The notes beneath the pieces were generated by a model that was not told where the DNA came from, did not search any database, and saw only the letters and a list, made by a program, of their open reading frames with translations. Positions 59,821 to 64,000 of a stretch of 64,000 nucleotides of DNA are shown here, in pieces. A program made the translations under genes and the position numbers. The DNA comes from Magallana gigas (lineage: Eukaryota), in the NCBI RefSeq assembly GCF_963853765.1, contig NC_088857.1, positions 20,336,001 to 20,400,000 on the forward strand, written 5' to 3'. Every line of letters starts with the position of its first letter. Position 1 is the first letter of the stretch.

Positions 59821-60488
59821 ACACTTTCTTAAGACAATCAATACAAGGACCTGTAACCAAATTATACTTGCAGTCTTAAATATAATACTCATATGTGCCA
59901 AGTAACTAAAGCTTTTGTGACACTGTGACCAAGATATAACCTTGACATTTCATTCCAAGGTCAAGGATACTACAGGTAGCAGGTTCTGATGGGGTGTGAT
60001 ACATATACATCACTCTACAACTATTCACTAATTTGCCAGTGAACAAGCTCTGCAAAAATGATATAAACAAAATAGTACAACTGTGATTTGCTTAGGAGAT
60101 TCAAACTGCAACAAGATTGGCTAATTACTGTTACACATTAAAATCTCTATCTGGTTTGGCAGATGCATAGTAGGAGCAGGAGTTTTTATTTCATTCTTAC
60201 CCATACTCAGAAAATATACATTTGTATTGAAATAATCTAGGCAAATGCATGTACAATATTGAATGCTTCACTGCTATTTGGTATATACAACCCCACCTGG
60301 AAATCCCTGCATATCCATGAAAGCTATTAAAATTCATGTGTACCCTTTGCAATGCTTAAAAAAATACCTTTTTTTTTGTTTCATGTTTTTATTGATTTTT
60401 TTTATCAATAGATTTACATGTATAAATGTTACAAGACACAAATTTCTTAACAAATGTTCATGTTCCAGACAATATTTCACAGAGAACT

Positions 60489-64000
<3,512 letters not shown>

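Overview
AT-rich, intron-rich eukaryotic genomic DNA, most likely an oyster (Crassostrea/Magallana). That assignment rests on my recollection of the ~166-bp Cg170-type satellite and the HINE/pearl-type elements, not on a database search. I reconstructed eight protein-coding genes by hand from GT-AG junctions and reading-frame continuity: an arylsulfatase B/I/J-family gene (+, 8 exons, 538 aa); a strongly divergent forkhead-box gene (-, 9 exons, 632 aa); an uncharacterised charged protein gene (-, 4 exons, ~303 aa); two tandem claudin/PMP22-like genes (+, 3 exons each); an archaemetzincin (-, 2 coding exons); a KIF6-like kinesin-9 (+, 17 exons, ~1307 aa); and the last two exons of PSMD2/Rpn1 (-). 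Introns and intergenic DNA are full of non-autonomous mobile elements. These include a hairpin-rich 254-bp satellite, Harbinger-, mariner-, Academ-, Kolobok- and Crypton-like MITEs, HINE elements with internal satellites, and a tandem TRIM whose LTRs carry tRNA-like Pol III promoters. The most unusual items are: (i) the orphan Fox protein with a rewritten recognition helix; (ii) the kinesin with an enlarged loop 12, an altered switch I and a C-terminal IQ motif; (iii) the chimeric tRNA-LTR TRIM array; (iv) a perfect 111-bp palindrome nested in a mini-Academ element; (v) a 4-mer higher-order repeat in the Cg170-type array. There is no CRISPR array, rRNA or credible intact tRNA gene. One assembly gap lies at 48477-48622.
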